From Nymphaea colorata (taxonomy: Eukaryota), in contig NC_045138.2 of assembly GCF_008831285.2 (NCBI RefSeq), forward strand, positions 12,896,001 through 12,960,000: DNA of 64,000 nt, written 5' to 3'. Under the pieces are notes generated by a model. That model was given only the letters and a program-made list of their open reading frames with translations, was not told the origin of the DNA and ran no database searches. The position numbers and the translations under genes are program-made. Shown in pieces: positions 13,401 to 27,194 of the stretch (positions within the stretch are counted from its first letter, which is position 1; every line of letters begins with the position of its first letter).

Positions 13401-16400
13401 TTGTATTAATGTGTTAGTGGAAGATTCTACAAAACAAGATGTTGTGCACAATGAGTTGGATCTATATGATAGTTGTTTTCGGAACATGGGACTACCTGCC
13501 GCCGTTCGAGCCAGGACAACGATGCGTCCAGGTAAATACATAGAAATTTTTAATTTACTTTGCATTTGTTACATTTGATTCTTTTAAAACTTTCACATTG
13601 ATTTGTTATATTTTTGTTTAGATTTGTGGTGGAATAGGTATGGGTTTGATTGTCCAAACCTAGCACGTTTTGCAGTCAAAGTCCTCAGTCAGACATGCAG
13701 TGCTAGTGGATGCGAAAGGAACTGGAGTGTGTTCCAACATATCCATAGCAAAAAAAGGAATAGGCTCGAACATAAAAGGTTGAATGACCTTGTCTTTGTT
13801 CGATATAATATGAGGTTGAAACAAAGGTAATATAGGCATATAGCTTAATTAATGTTTACATTTTTTGTACAATATATTTATATGAAATTATATACTAACA
13901 AATTTTCTCTTATTTAATGTAGAGAATTAGAAAAATCATTAGCAAGGAAGCACACATCTCAGTTCGATCCTATCAGCTTGAAAAATTTTGACGATCTAGA
14001 GCCATGGATTGAAGAAGAACCAGCTGCAATATTTGATGATGAAGATCTTGAATGCTTCAACCCTGAAGCTGAAGCAACAGAAGGCTTTGTTGATGAAGGA
14101 GAGTCTGCTACTGCTGGTATTGGTGCTGAATATGTTGGTGAAGATCTTCCAATTCTTGACGATGAAGAAGAAGAAGAAGATGAAGATTATGAATGATGAA
14201 TCATGAATGAGAGTCAAGTCAAGAGTGCTTTCATTTTATATGTATCAAAAACTTAAGAGTTATGAATCTATGGTTGTTGAACACTTGATTGAATGTTTTA
14301 TGACTTTATCAGTTTATGGCTTATGGCCTTATGCTTTGTTGAATGATATTGTATTATTGTTATGAATTTTGATGTTTATGAATGATGAACGCGTAAGTTT
14401 ATAGCAATAATAAGTCTATCATTATCTCAAACATGTTTCCTATGAACAATTTATTATTTTTAATTTTCTCTAATTTTTTTATGAATTTTCCGAATTTTTT
14501 TAAATTTTTTTCTGATTTATTAATAATTTTTAAAAAAAATTTACGATACGGTTACGATACGGCGTATCTTAAAGCCCGACCGATACGGCTTACGATACGC
14601 GTTTTACAACATTGCTCAAGGCACATGCATCCTGCATGTATGGGATGTCAGGTAATGTATTAACCTAGAATTGGCTTTGAGACAATTGTAACCCAATTTT
14701 GCAGATCCAACCTGCTAGTGCTTGTAACCCACTTTAATTCAGATCCTATAAGGCTATTAACTAGGAGGTCCAGGACAAGCAGTAGTTAGATAATATGACA
14801 AATGGGCATGTAAACCTTCAAAGATTTCTAAGGATCGTCCTCAAATTCTATCATGCAAGGTTGTTAACCTAGCATGTGGTAGTCAATCACAAGTGGATAC
14901 TCTTGTCACACCCTGGATACCTACACAAGATGAATTGACCTAGGTCATCCCATCTCACTACATGAACCGCATATGTGATAAGTCTAGAAATGGTCAAGGG
15001 ATTTCTCACTACTCATCAACTGATCTCAATTTGACATTTGGTTTTATTGGGGATTCCACCTTTTAAATGCCACTAGACAGCCTATATTTAACCACAAATT
15101 GGTCGCATTGTCTTGTTGTGACAAATATAGTCCTTTCCTTAAGTAAGAAACTTCAAGACCAGAACGTCCAATAACTTGAGTTTGTTTAATTTTGTAAGCT
15201 ATAACGAATTACTTGTGATATGAATCATTTTACAAGTTTCCAAATGGTAATCCACATCTTTCAAGCATCTTCCAAAGGAAAGAGTTTAGCCATGTTCAAA
15301 GAATCCTTTATATTTTATATAATTGCATGAATTTTGAATATCAAATGTCAAGACATTGTTAACAAATTCAGGTGGATATAGAAGTGTTCTGGTGAACATC
15401 TAGCAGCAAATCCATATAGTTACTTGGAATTATGTTGTTAACAAGAAATGCTAGACAATAAGCAAATTCAAACTGGAATAGACAAAGGTATGTGCCTAAT
15501 ATTAATGTCCATAAGATTAATGAGCGCAAACCAATACTATTGTTTAGAATTATGCTACTAACAATGAATATGAGCCAATAAGCAAATTCCATATGGAATA
15601 GATGAAAATATATCCCTGAAACTGATGTGGATAAGATTGATAAACACATTGCCAAATAATATTAACTAAAACTTGAAACCAGAAATTATCTTGCTGCAAA
15701 ACCTGTCATCACTACCGATAATGCCCTTGCATTCCACAGGGGCTGCTAGCTTAATGGGATTGCCAAATCCATCCAAGACGCTATGTTCCTTAATATGCAG
15801 AACCTTAGCTGCCTCTAGAACCTGAAGAAACAAAACGCTATCGTTAATTCTTTAACATGCTATGATGCAATGTCACAAATCCAACAGGAGTTGGCAAGTG
15901 ATCCAAGAAAGGAAGAATAAAAGATGGATAGAAAAAATTTTAATTCAGAAATTGTCAGAGACAACGAGAAGCACAAATCAATGACAGTCATCTTCACTGG
16001 TACTAATATCACAAAACTAGTCAAGACATGTAATGATAAAAATAAGATGGCCAAAGACCCAAAGGAGTTATCTCAAAATTTGTCTAACAAGGTAGAATAG
16101 TATCCAACAGCTTGCGACAAGGAAGAACAAAATGCAGCTTAATTAAATATAAATCCTAGTTACATGGAATAAGCAAGTTTAAACTTCAAACATGTCCTTT
16201 TCTAAATTTTAACATATCCACATTGAACTGCACATCACATGGGAGTCCAAAATCAAAAGAACTGCCTACTTGGGGTTTTACTGCACCATATGCTGCAAAA
16301 AGAAAAGTTCAGACCCACCAGTCTTTCCATTTTGATGCCCACAGCCCGACGACATCTTATCAGGCCATCCATGTCAGATGCTCCTGGTTCTCTCACTCTT

Positions 16401-19400
16401 GTGATTTATAACTTTGTTCAATGCATATCCGTGTCTATACTTTGTGCTTGCCATGCATTTTCATATTTTTCATTGTTTTCCTTGCACTTCCCCCAAACTG
16501 GATTGATGATTCTTAAGTTATAAACTTCTAATTTACTATAAGAAACAATTATCTTCAAGCATAAATCTTATTATTTAAGTCTAAATGCCCTCTCCCATTA
16601 ACACTTTAATTGTTAAAATTAATAATTATTAATTTCTATATATTGAACATAGACCTTTGTGCTTATACAGGGTATTATGCGAAAAATCCTGCAAAATCTT
16701 AGTTATTATTTGATGACTAAGTGCTTAATATAAATGTTTGTTTTAGCTTATTAAATATCCATTTCATGATTACTTTGTCATTGATCCTTTTCAATCTTTA
16801 AGCACTCAACAGTAACAAGTTTTATGTTTTCATTAGTTAGAGAAATTGACAACTTTGTTTCATATTCAATTTCATCCGACTTCCATATCTAGTTTTCCTG
16901 TTGACTGATACTTCATTCTATTTGATCTCCTTTTCAAGTGTGGATTAATTCAAAAGCCACTTCAGTTCAATCATCCCTTACCATTCATGCTTCCTGTCCC
17001 TAAGGTTTTTCCCATAGTTGGCAAACCCGGAATTGGATATGGATTGGCTAATAACCGGGTCAGCAGGACAATTGAGTTGACTCAACTCAGCCTGGTCAGG
17101 TCATCATTTTTTGTCGGGCGTTTTTAAATTGAAAAATTGGATGTTAAGAATAAAAGCTAATAAAAGTATGGTATTACATATCAATAATACAAACAAAATT
17201 AGCAATCTTATACATGCATATAGAAGAAAATCAGAATCTCAGACCATTAAAAAAATCAGTAGTATTGCAATATATCAGCAGAATGCCTATCAAAGAATCA
17301 GGTTAACCAATTAAATGATTGACAGAAAAGCAAGAACCACGATATACTCCATAGGCCTTTAGTTCAAACTTGTTGAGAAGCTTATCAAGCTATTAAGTAC
17401 ACAGACAGTTTTCAAACATTGAAGGTCATCTATATACTTCCATAAACTCAATAAATACATCAAACAAATTTGTGTGTGTGTATGTGTGTGTGTATGTGTG
17501 TGCGCATGTGTGTGTGAGAGAGAGAAAAAAAAAAGAGAGCGAAAAAAGAGAGAGAAAAAGAAAATAGGAACTGCATCTGCCAGGGCCAATGCAGCAACAT
17601 CGAGAGAGGGAGGAAGAGCGAGAAAGAGAGAGAGAGAGAGAAGAAAAAGAAGGCACTGACCGGAGAGAAGAGAGAAAGTGAAAGAGCCACCAGACACATG
17701 AAAGGTTGTAAGACGGCATCATTGGCACTAGAATTAAAAAGTCTAAAACCCTCATGCTCCACATGCATAGGGAATGCTTCGAGAGGGAAAATGACCCTTC
17801 CACGGGGGATGCAAATCACTTGAATGCATAAATGATAAAACAAAGTCGAATTAATGATTCTACTCAACATTCCACAATGTATCGCTGAAAACCAGATTAA
17901 GCCAGACCTGGCTGATCTTATCCCAATTCAGTGAGCCAACAATCCAAGCAGCAGGTACTTTGAAACGGGTCATGGCCTGGATCATGACCCACCTTATGTC
18001 CAATCCAAGCTAACTCGAGTGATTCTTGAGTTAGTTCGGTTAGTTTGCCAACCACTGGTTTTCTAGGTCATCACACTTCTTGCTACTACTTCCCATATCA
18101 TGTCGTGTGCGTGTCTCTGTACTAAGGCCTACAAACCCACCAACCCCTCCCCCCAACAAAAAGGGAAAAAAAAAAAGACAAAACCTAAAAACCAAAAAGG
18201 CAGCATCTATTTCTTCTACGCCCTCATCCTCTGCTTTCCCTTTTTTGGGGGGCGTGTGGTGGTGGGTGGGGAGGAGCGGTGGGGTGAAGACAGCCACACC
18301 CAAGCAGCACAGACAGCCATGACACAGGTGCAAAAGCCAAAATTGCACATCCATGTGTAAACTTTTATGTCATAATTCAGCCAAATTATAAAAAACCAAA
18401 TCAAGAAAAACATCACCTTAGCATGAAACATTTCATTCCAGCAAATCTTTTTGCCATTGTCAACAGAACCATATAAAAGAGAGTCTGATTTATCTCCTTG
18501 CAGAATGCCAGGAATAATGCTCTGCAATTAAAAAATGAATAGAGTAAGCTCATGGGAGGACGCTGTCTGTGACCAGCACAGTATGAAATGATCAAAAACA
18601 TAATCTGCATAACTAAATCAGGCAGACTTTGGAATCCAACTTCATAGAATCATAACTGCCAAAGTTATTTAGCAATACTAACGAGCAAAGATTTATAAAA
18701 GCTGCGAAATTTACCCCCCTGCAATGGACTGCAGAATATATCTAACATCTTGTCGAATGCAATTGTTGGAAGACTAAAATAAACCAACAAACTACTGTTT
18801 TACTCCAACAATAAGAAGTCCTAAATAATCACCAGCTAACAGAATAAAAAGTTGTCCATGAATAGACTACACAAATCGTGTTCACGCCAACTAGAGGCAG
18901 CTCGATCTCGGATCAAGTCATGGTATGCTCCGCTTGGTCGACCTCATCGAATCTCAAATTCAGCTTGGCTAAGCTCAAGCCACAGCTGAGTGAAAGCTGA
19001 GTATAAAACTATTAATATTTTAAGGTACAGATTTCAAAAGAGAGTGTGATGGGTTTATGAGGCACAAGATGCCCATCTCACAAGAAGCATTTTCTGTGAT
19101 AAGCGTGTAATCCTTGTGACATTTGTGCTCTTATTGAGCCTAATCTTGCATGCACAAGTCGTGCGTGTATAACTCAGAGTCAACCTGTTTAATTTATCAA
19201 GTTTTAGCATCGGCTGAAACATGAAATGAGCTTGGGCCAATGTTACACAAGTTGAGGTGAGGTCACGTTGCTAGACTCATTGTGCAAACCTAACCATGAA
19301 CCAGTTTTTGTAAGACAGAAGTTACTTGATCATATTTGATAAGCAGACTCCATCCTTAAGCACATCTATATAAGCAGTGCTAGACAACAAGCAGCCTTTG

Positions 19401-22400
19401 GCTGCCCCAACCCTCCCTGGTCTTTATAGCAGTAGTACCAACCTGAACCAGTGCAATACCCAGTTTACATTTTGTCATCCTGGGCACATCTCAACCTGCA
19501 TGGTTGGCAGTACCGACTTACATACATATATATACATAAAAAAAACATATTCAATAATAAACATAAACTCAAAATATGTCCAAAAGAGAAAAAGAAATTG
19601 CAAAAAAAAAGAAACAGGCAAAGAAATAACAGTATTTTCTGAAGGTACTTTCTGAATAAACTTATAAAGGAAAAAGAAAAGAAAAAGAAGTAAATGCAAC
19701 TTACCTAACACAAGAACTGGTCTGCTCCAGGATTACCAGAAGCACCCATGGGACTTGGGAGAAATACTTCGGAAGCAAAAGCAAGGCACTTCCAAAGCAT
19801 TGCTGGAAGTTGGAAAAGAAGTGAGATTACCTTACAACCAGAAGTGTGCTTCCTTTGGAGGGAAGTTAGCTTCCTTTTCTAATGGAAGCATGTTTCCCTT
19901 TCAAGGGGAAACATGGTTCCATTATATGGGAATTGAGATTGTCGTTGTGCTTTCCAGTGGAACCAGCTCTGTTTTAAAATTTTAATTCCATCGTTGCCCC
20001 AAAATTAATTTGACAAACTGTCTGGAATTTAAAACTGGAGTATTTGATCCTTGTTACCATGAAAACTTATATTTTTGCTTCCTATTTAAGAAACTGGGCC
20101 TTGATGATTCTGTGACCATGGACTAGTCAATGCTTGGCCAACTGCAGACTTGGTTGACTAACTAGTCCATGGGTTCACAACCAAGTTTAAGATGGTTTTC
20201 TCAAGGTATGAATTGAAGACGTCAAATGGACTTGAAATAGATGAAAATGCAGAGAAAATCTCAGTTATCCCCTTTTCATGATTCCATTTGTTTCAGTTAT
20301 GCCCCTTCTATGGTTCCAACTTTAGGTTTTATCATATTATGTTACAAATTCTCAGTTTTATAAGTCACTGAATGAGAACCAGCACTTCAATATATCATAA
20401 TGTATACTTATTTAATTGTAGTTAGCTAGTAGTTATTTTACAGTTGTGGCTAACCTGTTCACGAAATGACAGAAGAAGATCCTCATTTTATGACCTAACC
20501 CAAATGAGCTGCTTACCCAACTCATTGACAAGCAAGTAGAGATAAAGCCAATCCAGGCCTGAATCATGGTTTTGAACCACGGTCCAAACATTGCAGGGAT
20601 TTTAATAAATGGGCAATAAAGAATTCATCTAATGGCTCATAACTTTTAGTATTTTTTTTTTCAAGGATTTAATATGAAGCCTAAGAAAAACAGATCCTAA
20701 AAAGTATGTACGGATGTGTTTGGTATGTTTGCATTGTAACGAGATATCCCTTGCAAGGCTTACTGAGATTCATGGCAATTATATGCACTTTTTGGCAAAA
20801 GTATGGACGTGATCAATATGATTATGTTTGCTAACACTTGGATTTCATCAATGACGCTTATCATCATCACAAATATCAGCATCAAGTTTTTATTGATGAC
20901 ATATTTTCAGGTACTAATTAGAATTTTTTTTTTCTAGACAAAATTTTGGAATTCAAAAAGTTAATATATGCATAAATATACATATATATATATATATATA
21001 TAAATTAATTAAAAACACGAATGTTTGAGTTTTCTAGTAATTTTTTATAAGACCACTGATCAAAGCTTAAAGTAGTGCCACAGATATCACCAGAAATTTG
21101 AAAATCTCACAATATTTACAAGAAAATAAGTAAAACGAAACAAGGGGAAAATCGCATGATTTTGAAAAGCTCGCAAAAAATGAAAAATTTCCAGCATTTA
21201 TCACAATTTTCACATGATGTCCAGAGATTTAAAACTTTTTAAAGTGTTTTTATTTTTTAATTTCATAAAAATGTCACGATTATCCCGAGATTTTGCCGAG
21301 AAATTCAAATTTGCTGAAATACTCAAGAAAAACCTCGCTGAGATTTTCTCAAGAATGATATTTGTGGCAAAGACTCAAAGTATTTAACAATACATAAACA
21401 GAAACCTCAAAAAAACCATTAAAACACTTGTTTTCTAAAAGAAGGGAGAATTGTGATAAAGACATGTTTTTCTAATATACTGCAATTTTTTCATGTTTTT
21501 TACATTTCCTACACTTTCTTTTGAAAAAAAACACTAATATTTGTGACAGTGATGCATACATATGCTTTTTTTAACAATTCCAAAATATCACTAGCCTAAA
21601 ATTTTAGCGGACATCCTAGACTCAAAACATCATACTATCTATCAAAAAAACTTGGTTGAACTGTTGATTCTTAGCCAATAGACTATATAAAGAATAAGAT
21701 CAAAACCTGTGCAACAACTCTATGACCCCTATAGTCAATTATTGCCATGGCAAGATTGTGCAACCCCGATATATCAGCTTCCTGGTAAGCCTTTGTCCCA
21801 CGCAAATCATTATTTGCAGATGCATAGGTTGCTTGTTCATTATCAGTCATTTGGATATCTGCCTGTTTATCCTTAGCATCAGCTAATTGTCCCTCAGAGC
21901 CTGTAATTGTATCCTTTGGGTCAGCCATTTCATCAGTTCCATGCACCAAACCCTTAACATCAGCTGCAGGTGGAAGAGAAGTTGAACGAACAGTAATGTC
22001 ATTCTCAGAGTCCTGGAGAGACTTGGACTTGATAGAGTTATCAGGACTTTTGAACATCAGAGAAAGATCAGAATCAACTGCAAAACTGAAGAATATATTG
22101 TTGTGGACATACCTGAAAACAGCAATAAAGGAACGTTATCAAAAGACAGAAAAAGGAATTACTCTAAGTAATTATAAAAATAACCACACATAAAACACCT
22201 TTCATCAAGTACTTCTGGAAATCTGAATTATATTGCAACAGATCTTATCCCTGAAACAACGGTTGTTTTCAGCCTTGTCACATAGGTCTGGATTGTGGAT
22301 GCAGCATTTTTTAGAAAAAACTTGGGCATGGGTATGGCAAAGATATATACTATATACATACATACATACATACACGCACACATACATACATATACACACA

Positions 22401-25400
22401 TATATAGCTTAAGATCATTTAATGTTTTACAATAGAAAAGAAAACAAAACAAAAAAATTTATGTAGAAACAAGAAAAACTAAGAGAAATTGGGCTAAAAA
22501 GAAGAAGAAAAACCCTCCATCAATACATGGTAGAGGAGCCCTTGGCATGTCTGTTGAAAAAGAGTCTTTTTCATCTTTAATCAGGGCCATTCATCCCTCT
22601 TTCCACACCCGCATCAACAAGAGTGTGAAGCAATTGTGTCTGCGTCCATGTGCGAGATTTTCAGAAATCAGATTTGATTGAAAAGCTCTTAAACATTTTA
22701 GAAGGCATTAAAACCAAACTAGTAGCCAGCTGAACAAAAGTACAACACGTATTTTAACTGAAACTGGCAGTTAAGATGATTGAGTAACAAACAGCAGTTA
22801 AAACGTCTATACTGTTAAAGAATATACTTTTAGTATGCCGCATTCAGCATTCAATTTCTACTCGGTACTCACATGTGGAAACATTCTGGGTCTGTTGGAT
22901 TTATGGGAGGGATGCACCTATTGATAACTCCAATTGCACCCTTTGTTGCAGCATCAACAAAATCGCATGTTACTTTGTAAAGGGCTCTATCACGCAAAAT
23001 CCTGCAGATGTTTACATGTTCAGAAAAGAGGCTTATCTTATGGCACAACACATGCCAGTAAAACTTCTTTGCGATTTCTTTCAAAAGCAATGCAACACTA
23101 CTAAAAGAAATGGAGAATGGTGGGAGACTAAGAGCAGACTACACCTTTCCTGAAAGGAATTGTGAGGAAACTCCCGGCAAGACTGTAGCTCCTCATTCCA
23201 ATCCCTCTGCATGCCAATCAGCTCACTTCCATAGGAGAGCACCAGCGAATCCTCAGCTCTAGCAGCATCACGTTTGTGCTCTAGAAGTGAAAACAACACA
23301 GCAAAATCCTCATAATGCATGGTCTTAAATGAGTTGGGAATGCCAAGTAGTTAGATAAATAGATCTTGTATGCAATCAAACTCCTAAATATTGGTACTTA
23401 CCTGGGATTGGGTATGTCCCCAACCATGAATTTGGAGGCAAAAGGGACTGCACACTTTCAAATGGATGGGCTGCGGCTTTCTGGTCCAAGATTTCACGAA
23501 AACCTTCATCAAGCAGTATCACAAGTTTAATAGATGAAAAGTAACTAGCACATGAAAAATACTCAGGAGTCGAACAAGATCAGTACCTTTTTTAAATTTG
23601 GGGCTAATTTTTTGGAGAAGCCCTATAAGCGTAAACGATTCACTAGAGTTCTTGGTTGGCCGTGGGTCTAGCACGCTTCCCAAACTTGAATTCACATAAA
23701 ATGTTCTTGTAGTCCCAGTAATACACACTTTGTGACCTTCTAATGTTTCTATATCTAAATAAATTAAATCACCAACTAGTCTGCAAAGAAGGCCAGAAAA
23801 AAACAAGTCAGCACATTTCAACAACTGCAAATGCTACTAACCAAGAAAATGTTCAAACTGCCTCCTTCCCCACACCCAGCCCCCCAAGCACCTGAATACA
23901 ATGCTTGCAGAATATTGATGTCATCTTTCTATCACATTATACTTACATCAACTAACCCAACTTGTGTTACTAAATATCTTTTAATTGCACAGAAAATTTA
24001 TCGATTTTCAGGCCTTAGATGGAAGATCGACTTAAATATATGCCATCAATTCCCTTATCTTGGTTTGCATTGCTTAGGAAATGATATCTACAAACATAAC
24101 AATAGCAATAAAACTATATAACCAAAGTTATATGCTTAAAAATAAAGATTTTAGGAACTTATGAAACAACATTCATCTTTCAATGTACTCACAGAGAACC
24201 ACTGGATTCACAAGCACATGCTTCATGTATGAAAAACATTGAAGTGTTTTTAAAAAGCCGTCATATCTCTACTGGAAAAGATAATACCATTATGTGGCCA
24301 GTCTCTCCACAATTTCATCTTCCTTTTAGATGTGATTCTAGAGAGAAAAGAGAGATGAAAGTGTGGAGAGCTCGACTTAAAAAGTAGTTAATGAAATTTC
24401 TTCTTTTTAAAAAAATTGCTTTTTTATTAAAGGTAAAGTTAAACTAGCCTTTTTTACTATATTTTGATGTGTTTAATACTTTAATTCATGAAACATGTGT
24501 TTGTAAATTATTTAACAAACTCAGGCAGTAATTTGTAAATTTTCAAATATTAGCTAGTTATTTGTAAATATCTCCAAGAGTTGATCAGTTATTTGTGAAT
24601 ACCTCCAAAAGTTTCTTGATTAATGATGATCACAGTTAGCATCTAAGAAGACAGCAATCTTAAGGGAAAAATTACCTTCTGTGGCTAGGAACTGGATTAA
24701 ATGATGAAAACACAATGCTTTCTACACATTTGGTCTCTTTAGAAGGAGAGAATGAAAGCTTATCAAGAGATCCTGCTATTTCTTCCATGAAACCTAGCCC
24801 ATCAAGCTCTGGAACCTCAGCTCGTCCTGCATCGTTTTAGATATGATAAATCACCTCAGTGTTGCAAAATTTGTGTCATAAACAGGAGCACTCCAAATCT
24901 TTTAAAATAGTCACAAAGCAATTCAAATTTCTTAAGAGAACTAAAATAAAATTAGTAAGGCACACAGACCTAAAATAAATAGAAACTTAGAGTTTCATTT
25001 TTTAGAGCACACACAATCACATATACACTATAAGGAGCTTCATGATTTAGAGATGAAGGGAGAATATACAGGATATTGAATATATAGAAATACAGGATAT
25101 ACAATGGGAGGATGGCCACGTAAAGGGAAAAAAAGGAAGAAAGAAGGGGTAAGACAAAAAGTAGGTGTGCGACTAAAAGTAAAAAAGGGCAGCCATCCCA
25201 TTCGGTTAAAATAAAAAGATGAAAGAGTGAGAGAGAAAAGAAGGGATGAAAAAAATCAGTCTCTAAATGGGGCTGGTTGAAAAATATAGATACATGCACC
25301 TGAGTATAGAATAATACAATAACAAAAACCATATTTGATATTCTAACTTCTAAGACATCTTGTTGACTAGTCGATTGAAGTAGGGTATGGGTGAGTGTGC

Positions 25401-27148
25401 GTGTGTGTGTTGTGTACATAAATGCACCAGCGCATAGAATATACACACCACATAACAAAAATCACATGTGATATTATGGACCTTCTTGTTGACTAGTCAA
25501 CAAAGTAGGCTGACTAGTTCCTCAACTAGTCAAATGCACCCAGCTAACTTGGAGGCGGGAATCAGTCAGCTGACTGGTGCCTAGCGCAACCAGGCAACTA
25601 TTTGCTAGTATGACAAATAAGCTTTCTGTGCATGAGATCCATGTGAAATTTATTTTTAATCTAATCATATATCTCATGACCTGCTATCAACACCAAGGGA
25701 TGTTAGGTAACTTACCGCCTTCCAGCCACACAAAAAAAGAACCCAGAAAATAAGTTTTGGAAGTTTTAGGTTTCATTACAGGTGTCAAGTATAATACATT
25801 AATATCCTACCATGCAGTGAAGATAAAGGGCCATATCATAAGTCACAGCCTATATTGGATACTTACAACCCTGAATCTAGCTTCAGAAATGTACTGAATT
25901 GGTTCTCCTGTCTAGGTATGTCCAACATTGTAACGAGTCATACAGTACCATAATATCATGCAGTACACTGTGTTATGCACAACATAGATCATGTGATGTT
26001 ATTAGTCACTGAGAAGGTGTCTGATAGGCAGAGAGACAGGGAGTCAGGGACATTGAAATAGAGGGATGGGAAGAATAATTGTAACCTCAAACAAAGGTAA
26101 GGGGCGAGTAGACATGTCGACCCAGTCCATCCAGTTTTTCATTTCATGTTAATAAGTGTGCAGGTAAAAGGATGGATCCATAAGGATCCCACTACCAATA
26201 AACGGCAGTGAGACAAGTTCCTCTTGTCATCAAACACATCCTAAGACAAAAACAACCACCGTAACAAGGGTCATAAACTTGCACATTGGAAATTAACAAG
26301 GAAATAAAGATCTTCTTTAATGCAGTCCGAAGTAACACAGAGACCGGTGAAAGGCTTTTGTACCCATGTCGACACGCTGATACGTACACGGGCACAGTGA
26401 CGCAGTTGGGCATGGCAGTTTTGATTCGTACAAATTTTTTTGTGGAATTTTTGCATGTTTTTTTGTGGAAATTCACACACACACACATATATATATATAC
26501 CTTGTCATATCCCCATGTCCACAATTTTTAAAATTGTTGTGTCCGTACTAGTGTCCCCATTCCAGTATCTTGTGACTTAGATGCAGTCTTTTAATGACCT
26601 CAGCATCTCAAATACAATAATTGGAATAACCATTTTTGCACCCATTTTAAACATGATAAACTCTGATTAAGGGTGCTCATCAGGCTGGCCAAGCCTGGCC
26701 TCATTACTTGATAGCCCCAACACCTGATAACCAAAGAATCAGGCACCATACCCTACCTGATAGTATCGTGCCATGTAGGGTCTAACCGAAAATTCACCTT
26801 CATTTTAAATTTTTAATCTTGTACTTAGTATAAACCCAATTAATTAAACAATTCAGACCAGATCAAGTCAACCTTGACCCAAAAAAATATAGTTAATATT
26901 TTGATTTTATTTACTAAATAGGCAAAAGAAACAAAGTAGGAAATTCAGAAATATGTCATTAAAGAGAAATTAAAAAATCAAAAAATCAAAAAATATTTTT
27001 TTAATTACTAAATAATAAATATCCTGGAGCAATAAGCATAAGATATATATATATACACACACACACACATATATACATACACATGTTCTTACAGGAAAAA
27101 ATGAAAAATTAATTTCTTATTATTAAATTTCATGAACTGATAAGCATT

Positions 27149-27194
<46 letters not shown>

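Noticed and set aside
24970..25458. 162-aa hydrophobic ORF
   Set aside because: Translation of T-rich repetitive intron sequence; no motif or splice support.
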